Origin: a virus | Virus record (IMG/VR): IMGVR_UViG_3300032236_001645 | Coordinates: 1-64,000 of that record | DNA length: 64,000 nucleotides | Reading direction: 5' to 3' (one strand) | Shown here: positions 18,167 to 28,362 of the stretch, piece after piece | Position numbering within the stretch: position 1 is the first letter of the stretch | Layout of the letters: each line of letters opens with the position of its first letter | Made by a program: the position numbers and the translations under genes | The notes under the pieces: generated by a model | The model's input: the letters and a program-made list of their open reading frames with translations, nothing else | Database searches by the model: none | What the model was told of the DNA's origin: nothing

Positions 18167-21100
18167 TTAACAATGTGCTATTAGTGTAAATAATCCATTT
18201 GAATCAAATGTACCATAGTTTGTTTTATCTGACCACCTTGCAGCGGCAGGACCTGTGAACGGTGTCACACCATCAGATTGATAATAGTTTTTACCGTTTA
18301 TTAATGTATTCACTCCAAGATATGCATAAACTACACTGTATGCAGTTGGGTTATTACTACATGCAATTGTACTTGTAGAACCACCTTGAATTGTGAAGCT
18401 GGTTAAAGGACATACTATTTGATATTCTATTGTTTGTGCTGTACAACCATTACTATCAATTACATATAACCAATAGTAACCACAACTTAATCCTGTTACT
18501 GTTACATAGTTATTACTAGCAAGGTTACTAGTTACACCTGTTGTGAATACTTGATTATCAGTTGGGTAATCATTATATGGTGTTGCATTATCCTTATACA
18601 ACTTCATAGTTCTTGTACCTGAACCACCAGAACATGTAATTCTTAATGAACCATTTCCACCCGCACCTGTTTCGTTAACAACTTGATCTATGTAACCATA
18701 TAATGCGTCAGGTGATGTAATTGTTTGTGAGTATGATTGAACACAACCTGAACTATCTTTAATATAGATTGTGTAATTACCCATAGATAAACTACTAAAT
18801 GTCTTAGGTAAAGCATAGTAAGTTGAATTATCTGTAGATGCACTATATCCTGAACCTGAACCACCTGAACCACCACTTACTGCGATACTACCATTATTAC
18901 TTGTAGCACAAGTTATATTTGTAACTGATATTGTTGCATTTGGTGCTGTTACCGCAAATGTAGTTGAAGAAGATGTTGCAGTACAACCATTACTATCTTT
19001 AACTGTAACACTATAAGTACCATTACCTAAACCTGTAAATGAATTACTTGATTGGTATGTTCCACCATTTAATGAATATGTATAACCACCAGTTCCGCCA
19101 CCCGCAGTTGCTGTAACACTACCATTAGTACCGTTATAACATGTAGGTGCCGTTCCTGAAATTGAACTTGTAACCTGTGTTCTTGCAAGGTTTCCAACTG
19201 AAACTGACACAACAGTTCCATTTCTACCACTATTTCTTACATAACCTGTATATGTTCCACCTGCTAATGAACTGAACGTTGCACTTGACTGCCAGTTTAC
19301 ATTATCTTTAGAATATTCATATGCCGCACCATTACCACCACTTGCACTTAATGTAAATGCTGCAGTTGTATCACCATAACATGTTTGTATTGTTGAACTT
19401 GCTACTGACAATGATAATGCAGGTAACGAAGGTGTTTGTGTCTGTGTTGCCGTTTGTGACGGTGTAATATTTGGTGTTGGTGTTTGAGTCGTTGTTTGAG
19501 TTGGGGTAGGTGTTTGTGTAACACAAGGAGTACATAAACCATTTAATGTTGCGGTAGTTCCTGATACCGATTTTGTTGCACTTCTATAACTTCCGTTTAG
19601 AGCAATATAAAAATTACCAATTGGTACTGTTACAATATTTGTTGAAGATATTGACGTCGCATCACATAAACTAATGCCACCCGTTAAAGTTACTTTACCT
19701 AATTGTATACCATTATAACAAGCACTGTACGCATCTGCACCCCAAGTATATGGAGGTTGTGTTGGTGTCGGCGTTTGTGTCATAGTTGGTGTAACACTTG
19801 GTGTTTGAGTTTGTGTTGGCGTTTGAGTTTGCGTACCCGTTTGAGTTTGAGTTTGAGTTGGTGTAATAGTATTTGTTGGTGTTACTGTTTGTGTTTGAGT
19901 TGGTGTAATAGTATTTGTTGGTGTTACTGATGGTGTTGATGTAACAGTTTGTGTGATAGTTGTGGTTGGTGTAATAGTATTTGTTGGCGTAACAGTATTT
20001 GTTGGTGTTACTGTTTGAGTCGGAGTTTGAGTTTGAGTTGCAGTCACCGATGGAGTAATTGTATTTGTTGGTGTAACTGTTTGTGTTGGCGTTGGACTTG
20101 GAGCTAACACGCTTACATTGATTCCAAAGAAACACTGGATTGTTGGGGTTGGTGTTTGTGTTGTGGTAGGAGTTACTGTAGTAGTTGGTGTAATTGTATT
20201 CGTAGGTGTAACTGTTGGTGTAACAGTCTTTGTCGGTGTTTGCGTTTGTGTTGATGTTGGCGTTTGGGTAGTTGTTGGTGTGATAGTGTTTGTAGCGGTA
20301 ATTGTTTGTGTAATAGTTGTGGTAGGTGTAATAGTATTTGTTGGTGTAACAGTATTTGTTGGTGTTTGTGTATTTGTAGGTGTAATAGTATTTGTTGGTG
20401 TAACTGATGGAGTTATAGTGTTTGTTGCTGTAACTGTTTGTGTTGGTGTTGGGCTTGGTGCCAATACAGATACGTTGATTCCGAAGAAACATTGGATCGT
20501 AGGAGTAGGTGTTTGCGTTGTTGTCGGTGTAACCGTTGTTGTAGGTGTAACTGTTTGAGTTGGTGTTACAGTAGGTGTACTTGTTCTTGTTTGTGTATTT
20601 GTTGGTGTAACTGTTGTCGTTGGTGTAACAGTTTGTGTAATAGTTGTTGTAGGTGTAATAGTATTTGTTGGCGTTATTGTATTTGTAGGCGTTTGAGTAG
20701 TTGTTGGTGTAATAGTCTGTGTCGCTGTTACTGATGGAGTAATTGTATTTGTTGGAGTAATAGTTTGTGTTGGAGTTGGTGATGGGGCAAGTACCGAAAC
20801 GTTTATACCAAAGAAACATTGAATTGTTGGAGTTGGTGTTTGCGTCGTTGTTGGTGTAACGGTAGTCGTAGGTGTTATAGTATTTGTTGGTGTAACAGTT
20901 GGTGTAATTGTGGTAGTAGGTGTGATTGTATTTGTCGGAGTAACGCTTGGTGTTGACGTATTTGTTGCAGTAATTGTTTGTGTTGGAGTAATAGTAGTTG
21001 TTGGTGTAATAGTTTGTGTTGCTGTTACTGATGGTGTAATAGTATTTGTTGGGGTTATAGTTTGAGTTGGTGTCGGACTTGGAGCAAGTACTGAAACATT

Positions 21101-24100
21101 AATACCAAAGAAGCACTGTATAGTCGGAGTCGGCGTTTGTGTCGTAGTAGGTGTAACAGTTGTAGTTGGTGTAATAGTATTTGTTGGGGTGACAGTTGGC
21201 GTATGAGTCGTAGTTGGTGTAACCGTTGTTGTAGGTGTAACTGTTTGTGTTGGTGTCACAGTTGTAGTTGGCGTAACAGTACTTGTTGGTGTAATTGTTT
21301 GTGATGCTGTTACTGATGGTGTAATAGTATTTGTTGGCGTAACCGTATTTGTTGGCGTAGGTGATGGTGCGAGAACAGAAACATTTATTCCAAAGAAACA
21401 CTGAATTGTTGGTGTTGGCGTTTGTGTTGCAGTTGAAGTAACCGTGGTTGTCGGTGTGATAGTTGTAGTTGGAGTAACAGTCTGTGTATGTGTTGTAGTA
21501 GGTGTAACCGTAGTTGTTGGTGTTACAGTTTGGGTGGAAGTTACTGTTGTTGTTGGGGTAACTGTTGTAGTTGGAGTAATAGTGTTCGTTGGAGTTACAG
21601 TTGGGGTAACTGTGGTTGTCGGTGTAATAGTTGTAGTTGGAGTAGGGCTTGGTGCCAACACACTCACATTGATTCCGAAGAAACATTGGATAGTAGGTGT
21701 TGGTGTTTGCGTGGTAGTTGGTGTAACAGTCGTTGTTGGTGTAATTGTATATGTTGGGGTTACAGTAGGTGTAATAGTATTTGTTGGTGTAACCGTATTT
21801 GTTGGTGTAGGTGAAGGTGCCAATACGCTTACATCTATACCAAAGAAACACTGTATGGTTGGTGTAGGTGTTTGGGTAGTCGTTGGTGTAACAGTTGTAG
21901 TTGGTGTAATTGTTGTTGTCGGTGTAACTGTTTGTGTTTGAGTTGTAGTTGGCGTAACTGTTTGTGTTTGAGTAACAGTTGGTGTTTGAGTTGGAGTTTC
22001 TGTGTTTGATGGTGTAACAGTTTGGGTAGGTGTTGGTGAAGGTGCAAGAACAGATACATTGATTCCGAAGAAACATTGGATTGTAGGTGTAGGTGTTTGC
22101 GTCGTTGTTGGAGTAACGGTAGTGGTTGGTGTAATAGTAGTAGTAGGAGTAACTGTAGTAGTTGGTGTAACTGTTGGGGTTACTGTTGGTGTTAAAGTTG
22201 TAGTTGGAGTTTGTGTAGGTGTTTCCGTATTTGATGGTGTTATCGTTTGCGTTGGTGTAGGGCTTGGAGCTAGTACACTTACATCTATACCAAAGTAACA
22301 CTGAATAGTCGGAGTTGGCGTTTGTGTGGTAGTTGGCGTAACGGTAGTAGTTGGTGTAATAGTAGTGGTTGGAGTAACTGTTGGAGTTTGTGTAACAGTC
22401 GGCGTTTGAGTTGGTGTCTCCGTATTTGAAGGTGTAATAGTTTGTGTTGGAGTAGGTGATGGGGCAAGTACTGATACGTCAATACCAAAGAAACATTGAA
22501 TTGTTGGTGTTGGCGTTTGAGTCGTGGTAGTTGTTGGTGTTATTGTATTCGTAGGCGTCACAGTTGGGGTAACCGGTGGTGTGGATGTTACTGTTTGAGT
22601 CGGAGTTGGTGACGGAGCAAGAACCGATACATTTATACCAAAGAAACATTGAATTGTTGGTGTTGGTGTCTGTGTTGCAGTTGTAGTTGGTGTAATAGTT
22701 GTAGTAGGTGTTACACTTGGAGTAACCGGTGGAGTGGATGTTGTGGTTGTTGTAGGTGTTGGTGATGGTGCAAGTACTGATACGTCAATACCAAAATAAC
22801 ATTGAACTGTTGGTGTTGGCGTTTGAGTTGAAGTTACTGTTGGTGTAATCGTAGTAGTAGGTGTTACCGTAGGTGTTGGTGGCATAGTACTAGTGACAGT
22901 TGGCGTTGGAGTTGAAGTAGGTGCCAATACACTTACATTGATTCCGAAGAAGCATTGAATTGTAGGTGTAGGTGTTTGAGTAGCGGTAGGAGATGGTGTT
23001 GGTGGCATAGTACCGGTAACAGTAGGTGTTGGGGTAGTTGTTGGTGCCAAAACACTTACATCAATACCAAAGAAACATTGAATTGTTGGAGTTGGTGTCT
23101 GTGTAGTGGTTGATGTAACACTAGGGGTTACTGTTGTTGTTGATGTAACACTCGGAGTAACTGTTTGTGTATTTGTATTTGTTGGTGTATTTGTATTTGT
23201 TGGTGTAACAGTCGTTGTTGGTGTAACTGTGGGTGTTTCAGTCGGATTTGGAGTACCTGTATTAGTTGATGTAACACTTGGAGTAATTGTATTGGTAGGT
23301 GTTAAAGTTGGTGTTGATGTATTTGTTACCGTAGCAGTTTGAGTTGTAGTTGGCGTTTGTGTAACAGTTGGAGTGATAGTTGTAGTTGCTGTAACTGTTT
23401 GTGTCAGTGTTTGAGTTTGCGTATTAGTAGGTGTAACTGTTGTTGTTGATGTAACAGTTGGTGTTTGTGTAAGAGTTTGGGTAGGTGTTACTGTAGCAGT
23501 AACTGTATTTGTTGGTGTTACAGTTGTGGTAGAAGTTGGTGTTTGTGTTGGTGGTAATGTTTGTGTTGGTGTGGTAGTTGGTGTTTGAGATATAACAAAA
23601 ACATCATCAATATCATCATACCATATAATTTCATAAGAATTACCAGATGCTGCAGGTGTTGGTAAATTAAATGTAAATGACTCATTTAAATAATCAACTA
23701 CATTTCCACCATAAGGTATTAATCTTGTGGTGTTGTTATATTTTGTATCAATAAGTGAACCATTTTTCCATAATTCAACTCTAGTTGTATGTACATAAAC
23801 AGAATATAAATTATCATTATGATACATTATTCTTTGTGCACTTATTGTTGTTTGTCCAACACACACATCACTATTAACATAGTCTGATGTAAAATACCAT
23901 GGTGCTGGTGGTTCATTACTATCATTTGTAACTAAATCTGAAAGTAATGCCGATGGACACGTAGAGTCCAAATATGATTTAACAGTTGGTACATAAACAT
24001 TAATACCACCAGATTTTACATTATTAAGTTGTTCATATGTAATCTTAACTTCAAGTGAAGTTTTAGTTGTTGTAGGTGTAACTGTAGCGGTAACAGTTGG

Positions 24101-24853
24101 TGTTGGTGTATATGATGCGGTATTTGATGGTGTTAAAGGTATATACGTTGACGTTGGTGTTGTTGTAATAGTAGTGGTTGGTGTTACAGTAGGTGTAACC
24201 GTAACAGTCGGTGTGATAGAAGGTGTAACTGTTGGTTGTACTCCACATAAATTAACAACTTTTAAAACTTGATTACTTATGTATGGTGAATCTAATAATA
24301 TGTTGATTATTTTTTCACCAGGTGTTGAATAATATTTAGTTGTTGAACCATTAAGTGTTATTCCTGACGATGTACCATCTCCCCAATTAATAGTAAAGAC
24401 AGGTGATATATCAGGATTTGCATTAATTTTATCAACGACTTGATACGTTGTTGTATTATAAATTGTAATTGTATCACACGTGGCAGTATACATGAAGTTT
24501 GCTGTGATGTAATTGTGTTCAATTTTACCATCAAAATCAACCATTATACCTTGTTCATCAACTTTTGATTCTAAATAAACTGGTATTTGATAATCGCCAT
24601 AAACTTTTTGTTTTACATCTCCTGAAATTTGTTCCCAAAAATCACCAGTATATTTGTAATAACCTTCAACTAAACTTCCTGTAACATTTGTATTATATAT
24701 AATTGAACCTGTATCAGGTGCACATAAATTTACCGAACCTGAAAACCATGGAACTAAACTACCTGATGAATCTAACCAAGAATGGGCATTAGTTGATACT
24801 AACGAACCCGTCAGTATATTTTTCTGCCTAATTGAATATCTTGTTTTTTTCAC
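18167..24853 (-). CDS. giant mucin-like virion adhesin/fibre (PKD-like N-terminus, ~1300-aa Thr/Pro region with 14 conserved peptides, SprB-like repeats, Cys modules)
   Basis: FTINWGDG PKD-like motif; TCYNGTNGSVTATAGGGTGGYTYSLNG...FTGLGNGTYSVTVKDSNGC SprB-type repeats. Confidence 0.75.
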   Translation of the reverse strand: MKKTRYSIRQKNILTGSLVSTNAHSWLDSSGSLVPWFSGSVNLCAPDTGSIIYNTNVTGSLVEGYYKYTGDFWEQISGDVKQKVYGDYQIPVYLESKVDEQGIMVDFDGKIEHNYITANFMYTATCDTITIYNTTTYQVVDKINANPDISPVFTINWGDGTSSGITLNGSTTKYYSTPGEKIINILLDSPYISNQVLKVVNLCGVQPTVTPSITPTVTVTPTVTPTTTITTTPTSTYIPLTPSNTASYTPTPTVTATVTPTTTKTSLEVKITYEQLNNVKSGGINVYVPTVKSYLDSTCPSALLSDLVTNDSNEPPAPWYFTSDYVNSDVCVGQTTISAQRIMYHNDNLYSVYVHTTRVELWKNGSLIDTKYNNTTRLIPYGGNVVDYLNESFTFNLPTPAASGNSYEIIWYDDIDDVFVISQTPTTTPTQTLPPTQTPTSTTTVTPTNTVTATVTPTQTLTQTPTVTSTTTVTPTNTQTQTLTQTVTATTTITPTVTQTPTTTQTATVTNTSTPTLTPTNTITPSVTSTNTGTPNPTETPTVTPTTTVTPTNTNTPTNTNTQTVTPSVTSTTTVTPSVTSTTTQTPTPTIQCFFGIDVSVLAPTTTPTPTVTGTMPPTPSPTATQTPTPTIQCFFGINVSVLAPTSTPTPTVTSTMPPTPTVTPTTTITPTVTSTQTPTPTVQCYFGIDVSVLAPSPTPTTTTTSTPPVTPSVTPTTTITPTTTATQTPTPTIQCFFGINVSVLAPSPTPTQTVTSTPPVTPTVTPTNTITPTTTTTQTPTPTIQCFFGIDVSVLAPSPTPTQTITPSNTETPTQTPTVTQTPTVTPTTTITPTTTVTPTTTQTPTPTIQCYFGIDVSVLAPSPTPTQTITPSNTETPTQTPTTTLTPTVTPTVTPTTTVTPTTTITPTTTVTPTTTQTPTPTIQCFFGINVSVLAPSPTPTQTVTPSNTETPTQTPTVTQTQTVTPTTTQTQTVTPTTTITPTTTVTPTTTQTPTPTIQCFFGIDVSVLAPSPTPTNTVTPTNTITPTVTPTYTITPTTTVTPTTTQTPTPTIQCFFGINVSVLAPSPTPTTTITPTTTVTPTVTPTNTITPTTTVTPTTTVTSTQTVTPTTTVTPTTTHTQTVTPTTTITPTTTVTSTATQTPTPTIQCFFGINVSVLAPSPTPTNTVTPTNTITPSVTASQTITPTSTVTPTTTVTPTQTVTPTTTVTPTTTHTPTVTPTNTITPTTTVTPTTTQTPTPTIQCFFGINVSVLAPSPTPTQTITPTNTITPSVTATQTITPTTTITPTQTITATNTSTPSVTPTNTITPTTTITPTVTPTNTITPTTTVTPTTTQTPTPTIQCFFGINVSVLAPSPTPTQTITPTNTITPSVTATQTITPTTTQTPTNTITPTNTITPTTTITQTVTPTTTVTPTNTQTRTSTPTVTPTQTVTPTTTVTPTTTQTPTPTIQCFFGINVSVLAPSPTPTQTVTATNTITPSVTPTNTITPTNTQTPTNTVTPTNTITPTTTITQTITATNTITPTTTQTPTSTQTQTPTKTVTPTVTPTNTITPTTTVTPTTTQTPTPTIQCFFGINVSVLAPSPTPTQTVTPTNTITPSVTATQTQTPTQTVTPTNTVTPTNTITPTTTITQTVTSTPSVTPTNTITPTQTQTVTPTNTITPTQTQTQTGTQTQTPTQTQTPSVTPTMTQTPTPTQPPYTWGADAYSACYNGIQLGKVTLTGGISLCDATSISSTNIVTVPIGNFYIALNGSYRSATKSVSGTTATLNGLCTPCVTQTPTPTQTTTQTPTPNITPSQTATQTQTPSLPALSLSVASSTIQTCYGDTTAAFTLSASGGNGAAYEYSKDNVNWQSSATFSSLAGGTYTGYVRNSGRNGTVVSVSVGNLARTQVTSSISGTAPTCYNGTNGSVTATAGGGTGGYTYSLNGGTYQSSNSFTGLGNGTYSVTVKDSNGCTATSSSTTFAVTAPNATISVTNITCATSNNGSIAVSGGSGGSGSGYSASTDNSTYYALPKTFSSLSMGNYTIYIKDSSGCVQSYSQTITSPDALYGYIDQVVNETGAGGNGSLRITCSGGSGTRTMKLYKDNATPYNDYPTDNQVFTTGVTSNLASNNYVTVTGLSCGYYWLYVIDSNGCTAQTIEYQIVCPLTSFTIQGGSTSTIACSNNPTAYSVVYAYLGVNTLINGKNYYQSDGVTPFTGPAAARWSDKTNYGTFDSNGLFTLIAHC
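19750..23590 (-). repeat. low-complexity Thr/Pro coding repeat with 14 copies of QC(F/Y)FGI(N/D)VSVLAP
   Basis: Copies near 20100, 20460, 20785, 21080, 21366, 21651, 21817, 22040, 22265, 22461, 22611, 22767, 22921, 23043. Confidence 0.95.
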
Positions 24854-24884
24854 TTACTATAAATAACTTACTTTAATTTTTATG

Positions 24885-26519
24885 TTAAGGATAATGTATT
24901 AAATTACCTGTGGCACAATCATACCATCCCCCAATTAAACCATGATCAATATATACGATATGTGTAAATACGTTACTTGTTCCAAGTGCCGCCGCCCAAT
25001 AGTGACCCTCATTTGCAATTATTGGTAAAGAAGTAACCGGTGTACCATCTGTACTTCCACTATATAATGCGTTGTATGCAACACCTGGTGTTGGTGTTGT
25101 ACCTGTAACACTAACATCAAAATAAACACCATAGACTGTGTTTCCCGTATATGAATATGCTTGGTAAATGTTTTTGTTACACAAATTAGTTTTATAATCA
25201 TTTACGGAAGTAAATCCGGTAACATTCGCAATTGTCATATGTGCGGTACGATAAGTTGCTCCCCTATAATGTGTCGGATCTTGTCCACAGTTTAATGCAT
25301 ATGGAGCTACACTCTTACTACCTTCAATAGTTCCGTTAGGATCAGTTAATAATAAATCAATAACTGTATAATAGAAAAATCCTGCAGGTGGAGATCCAGG
25401 TAAACCATTTGAACCACCTCTAAACAAATCACCTCTTTGTATTGAATTGTTTAAAAATGCATTCTTTGAATAGTGATAAATATTAAGTGAAGGATCTTCA
25501 TCACATCTAGTCATTTTTAACCAATAATATACGGTTGTTGGTGTTGGTGTTGGTGTCGGAGTTGGAGTTTGAGTTGTTAGAATAGTTGCTCGTGTTGGTG
25601 TAGGTGTAGGTGTTTGAGGGCAATTTAAATTTGGTATAGATGGTGGTGCCATAGCACCTCCTCTTTCAAAAAAAACAACAGGATTATTTATTGTTCCAAC
25701 TTTTTTACCTTTAGTTCCCTTATATAAATAAACTTTATATGTGTGATATATTTTATCAATATCAATTTGATAATACATATCATTACTCTCATTAATACCT
25801 ATTGTATTTGTATAAACACTTGTATATGATGTATTTGTAAAATCTGTTATACTTCCATCTTCAGCGTTGTAAAATTTAGCAGTCATGAAGAAAGTATTAC
25901 CAGTTGTTGTTCCACTTAAATTACTATTTTCTAAAACACTTTCATCTTCAAACCAATAGAAATACATATTTTCTTTTTTCTCGTAATTTGAACCTTTGAA
26001 AATTGGTAAATGTATGTATCCATTTAATGGTTGATAAAAATATTTTTCTCCATTGGGTAATGATAAATTTTTTGCAAAAATTAATTTTCTATTTGTTCTT
26101 GTAGGTGGTTGGTATCCTATTACATTACCATTTATATCTGTTATATTTGGTGTTTTAAAAAATTCTAATCTAAAGAAACTTTTAGTTACTTGTTTTAACA
26201 TATGTTCATTTTCCGTGTAACTTAATCCAGTAGGATTATAATCCGTAACATATGTTCCTCCTGTGCTAATAAAATAAAAATAAAACCATATGTCTGTTTG
26301 TGATAAATTTTCACTTTCTAATATGTTACAATCAACAAACATAGAGTAAGGTTCATGAATATACCTTATTGTTTCATAATTAATAATTGGATTAATGATA
26401 TCAATTAACGCTTCTTCTTCATATTGAACCAAATTTTCTTCCCAACCAAGATTAGTTTGGAAATCAGTTTCAGCATTTAATATTAAATTAATATCTTGAT
26501 TTGTTCTTATGATTTCCAT
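24885..26519 (-). CDS. virion structural protein with TPT linker and two C-terminal Cys modules
   Basis: Modules are paralogous to those in 11015-15634. Confidence 0.6.
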   Translation of the reverse strand: MEIIRTNQDINLILNAETDFQTNLGWEENLVQYEEEALIDIINPIINYETIRYIHEPYSMFVDCNILESENLSQTDIWFYFYFISTGGTYVTDYNPTGLSYTENEHMLKQVTKSFFRLEFFKTPNITDINGNVIGYQPPTRTNRKLIFAKNLSLPNGEKYFYQPLNGYIHLPIFKGSNYEKKENMYFYWFEDESVLENSNLSGTTTGNTFFMTAKFYNAEDGSITDFTNTSYTSVYTNTIGINESNDMYYQIDIDKIYHTYKVYLYKGTKGKKVGTINNPVVFFERGGAMAPPSIPNLNCPQTPTPTPTRATILTTQTPTPTPTPTPTTVYYWLKMTRCDEDPSLNIYHYSKNAFLNNSIQRGDLFRGGSNGLPGSPPAGFFYYTVIDLLLTDPNGTIEGSKSVAPYALNCGQDPTHYRGATYRTAHMTIANVTGFTSVNDYKTNLCNKNIYQAYSYTGNTVYGVYFDVSVTGTTPTPGVAYNALYSGSTDGTPVTSLPIIANEGHYWAAALGTSNVFTHIVYIDHGLIGGWYDCATGNLIHYP

Positions 26520-28348
26520 TAACAGTTTAGTAAATTTTTATTTCTATTATTATTTTTATCATTAAAGTCTATTACTCCATCTTGTTTGTTTGTAAAATAC
26601 ATTTCATTTCTTAAATAAAAATTAATATCGGCTTTAACATAATGATTACCATTTACAAACGGAAAATTTGTACCATATCCTTCTGTATCAACAAATCCAT
26701 GATCATATAAATCTCTCCATCTCCAAACATTTTCATCTGTATAATACTTCGCATTTTCAGGTAAATTATAAATGTCTTTAACTTTAGACACTTCAATATA
26801 TGGTGACAATTGTCTTAACATTATTTTATGATGTGCCTTATAATATAATCCAACAGGATTTGTTATACTTGCACCACTAAATAAAGTTCCATCAGGAAAT
26901 GAAATAGGTGAACTTGTTTGTCCATAATCAATTATACCTGTACTTTGTGTTATTTTATGGAAGGTTTCACTAATTGTTCTTTCTTTTAATTCCCTTGGAT
27001 TGTATTCAATGTAATCACCAATTAATGTTGTACCTGTTGTTATACCTGTACCGCCAGTAAATGTTTCAAAACCACTTTCAGGAACATTTGGTGAAAAAGT
27101 GTATGTAAATCCTGTCATGTTTTTTTCTATGGATGTTGAACCATCAAAAACATTATCAATCCACGTATCATGAAAATTAAATTTATATCCTATTTTAGAT
27201 GGATAATTAAATAAACCATTACCGTTTCTAAAAATTGTTGTAACATAAACTTCCGTTGGTGTAATATTAAAATTATTTGTTATTCCACTTAATTGAAATG
27301 GTTTTTTAAAATCATATAAAACCGATTCCATTCTATTTCTTTCAACTAACACATCATTTACTCCTGCACTGTTTTCAAATAATAATTTTTTCTCATCTTC
27401 AAATATTGGATTTTCAAAACCAATGGTATCCATAATATACCCATGACTATCAGTTAATGTTTTATGTTTATGTACATAATATTGTGAAGTTGTTCCACTT
27501 ATATTTGTATAATCTAAACATCTTTTACCAGTTAATAATGTTGAAAATGTTACACCACTTGGTATTTGTGTTTTTAAAATATTAATGACATATTTTTCTG
27601 AATTAAAAACTTCATTACCAACTGACGCAATTTGAAAAGTTCTACCTGATACTGTTGTACTTGTTAATGTACTACCTGATAAAGTAACAAATTCACCTTC
27701 ATTCATTCCGTGTTCTACAGGACTTGTTAATTCATAATATGTTGCACCTGTTTCAACTAAACCAAACGATACTCTAAATGGAATTCCGTCACCAGAAGTG
27801 AATGACATTTGTGTGTTTCCCGTTAAAGTGTATTTCATCGGGTATGTGGCATCGGAACCACTAACGTATGTTAAATATAAATTCCAATTTGTATATGGAG
27901 CTTCTATTGGTGAAATGTTTTTATGTTTACTATAACCAGTTGTAGATGAAGTATATCCATTAAAATCTGTTAAACTACCTGATTGTGGTATAGTAATTTG
28001 TCTATATACATCTTTTCTTAAAAACGCAAATTCATCATATGGAACATAACCATTAAAATTATAATCACTACCATCACCAACTAAAAATAACTTTTCTTCA
28101 AGTGCAGTATAATCTGCTGTACCTTCAAAAAGATTACGAAATATCATTCTTATCTTACCGTATATTTTATAATTGACACTTTCATTTCTTTCTTTGTCAT
28201 ATAACTGATCAATATCAAGAACAATATCTCTATCACCAATTCTCATTAATGATTCAGAAGTGTCCAAACTAAGTGGCATGTTCAAATCAGAATCATTCGC
28301 CTTTGCGTATTCTTTACTTGGTAATAATATTTGTTTGTTTTCTTCCAC
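26519..28348 (-). CDS. virion structural protein, function unknown
   Basis: Long ORF in the baseplate operon; [ST]GxT-rich. Confidence 0.55.
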   Translation of the reverse strand: MEENKQILLPSKEYAKANDSDLNMPLSLDTSESLMRIGDRDIVLDIDQLYDKERNESVNYKIYGKIRMIFRNLFEGTADYTALEEKLFLVGDGSDYNFNGYVPYDEFAFLRKDVYRQITIPQSGSLTDFNGYTSSTTGYSKHKNISPIEAPYTNWNLYLTYVSGSDATYPMKYTLTGNTQMSFTSGDGIPFRVSFGLVETGATYYELTSPVEHGMNEGEFVTLSGSTLTSTTVSGRTFQIASVGNEVFNSEKYVINILKTQIPSGVTFSTLLTGKRCLDYTNISGTTSQYYVHKHKTLTDSHGYIMDTIGFENPIFEDEKKLLFENSAGVNDVLVERNRMESVLYDFKKPFQLSGITNNFNITPTEVYVTTIFRNGNGLFNYPSKIGYKFNFHDTWIDNVFDGSTSIEKNMTGFTYTFSPNVPESGFETFTGGTGITTGTTLIGDYIEYNPRELKERTISETFHKITQSTGIIDYGQTSSPISFPDGTLFSGASITNPVGLYYKAHHKIMLRQLSPYIEVSKVKDIYNLPENAKYYTDENVWRWRDLYDHGFVDTEGYGTNFPFVNGNHYVKADINFYLRNEMYFTNKQDGVIDFNDKNNNRNKNLLNC

Positions 28349-28362
28349 TTTTTATATTTTTA

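Noticed and set aside
20095-23090. CRISPR-like array (regularly recurring ~40-bp unit)
   Set aside because: Units differ at synonymous positions, spacers are 80-330 bp of Thr/Pro codons, all lie in one reading frame, and there are no cas genes.
19703-24540. Alternative-frame and antisense ORFs (Y/N/C-rich or V/G-rich) in the ORF track
   Set aside because: Shadow ORFs produced by the low-complexity ACN-CCN repeat of the 2228-aa gene.
10080-26519. Diversity-generating retroelement acting on the fibre modules
   Set aside because: No reverse transcriptase and no near-identical template/variable repeat pair differing at adenines was seen; module paralogues are diverged throughout.
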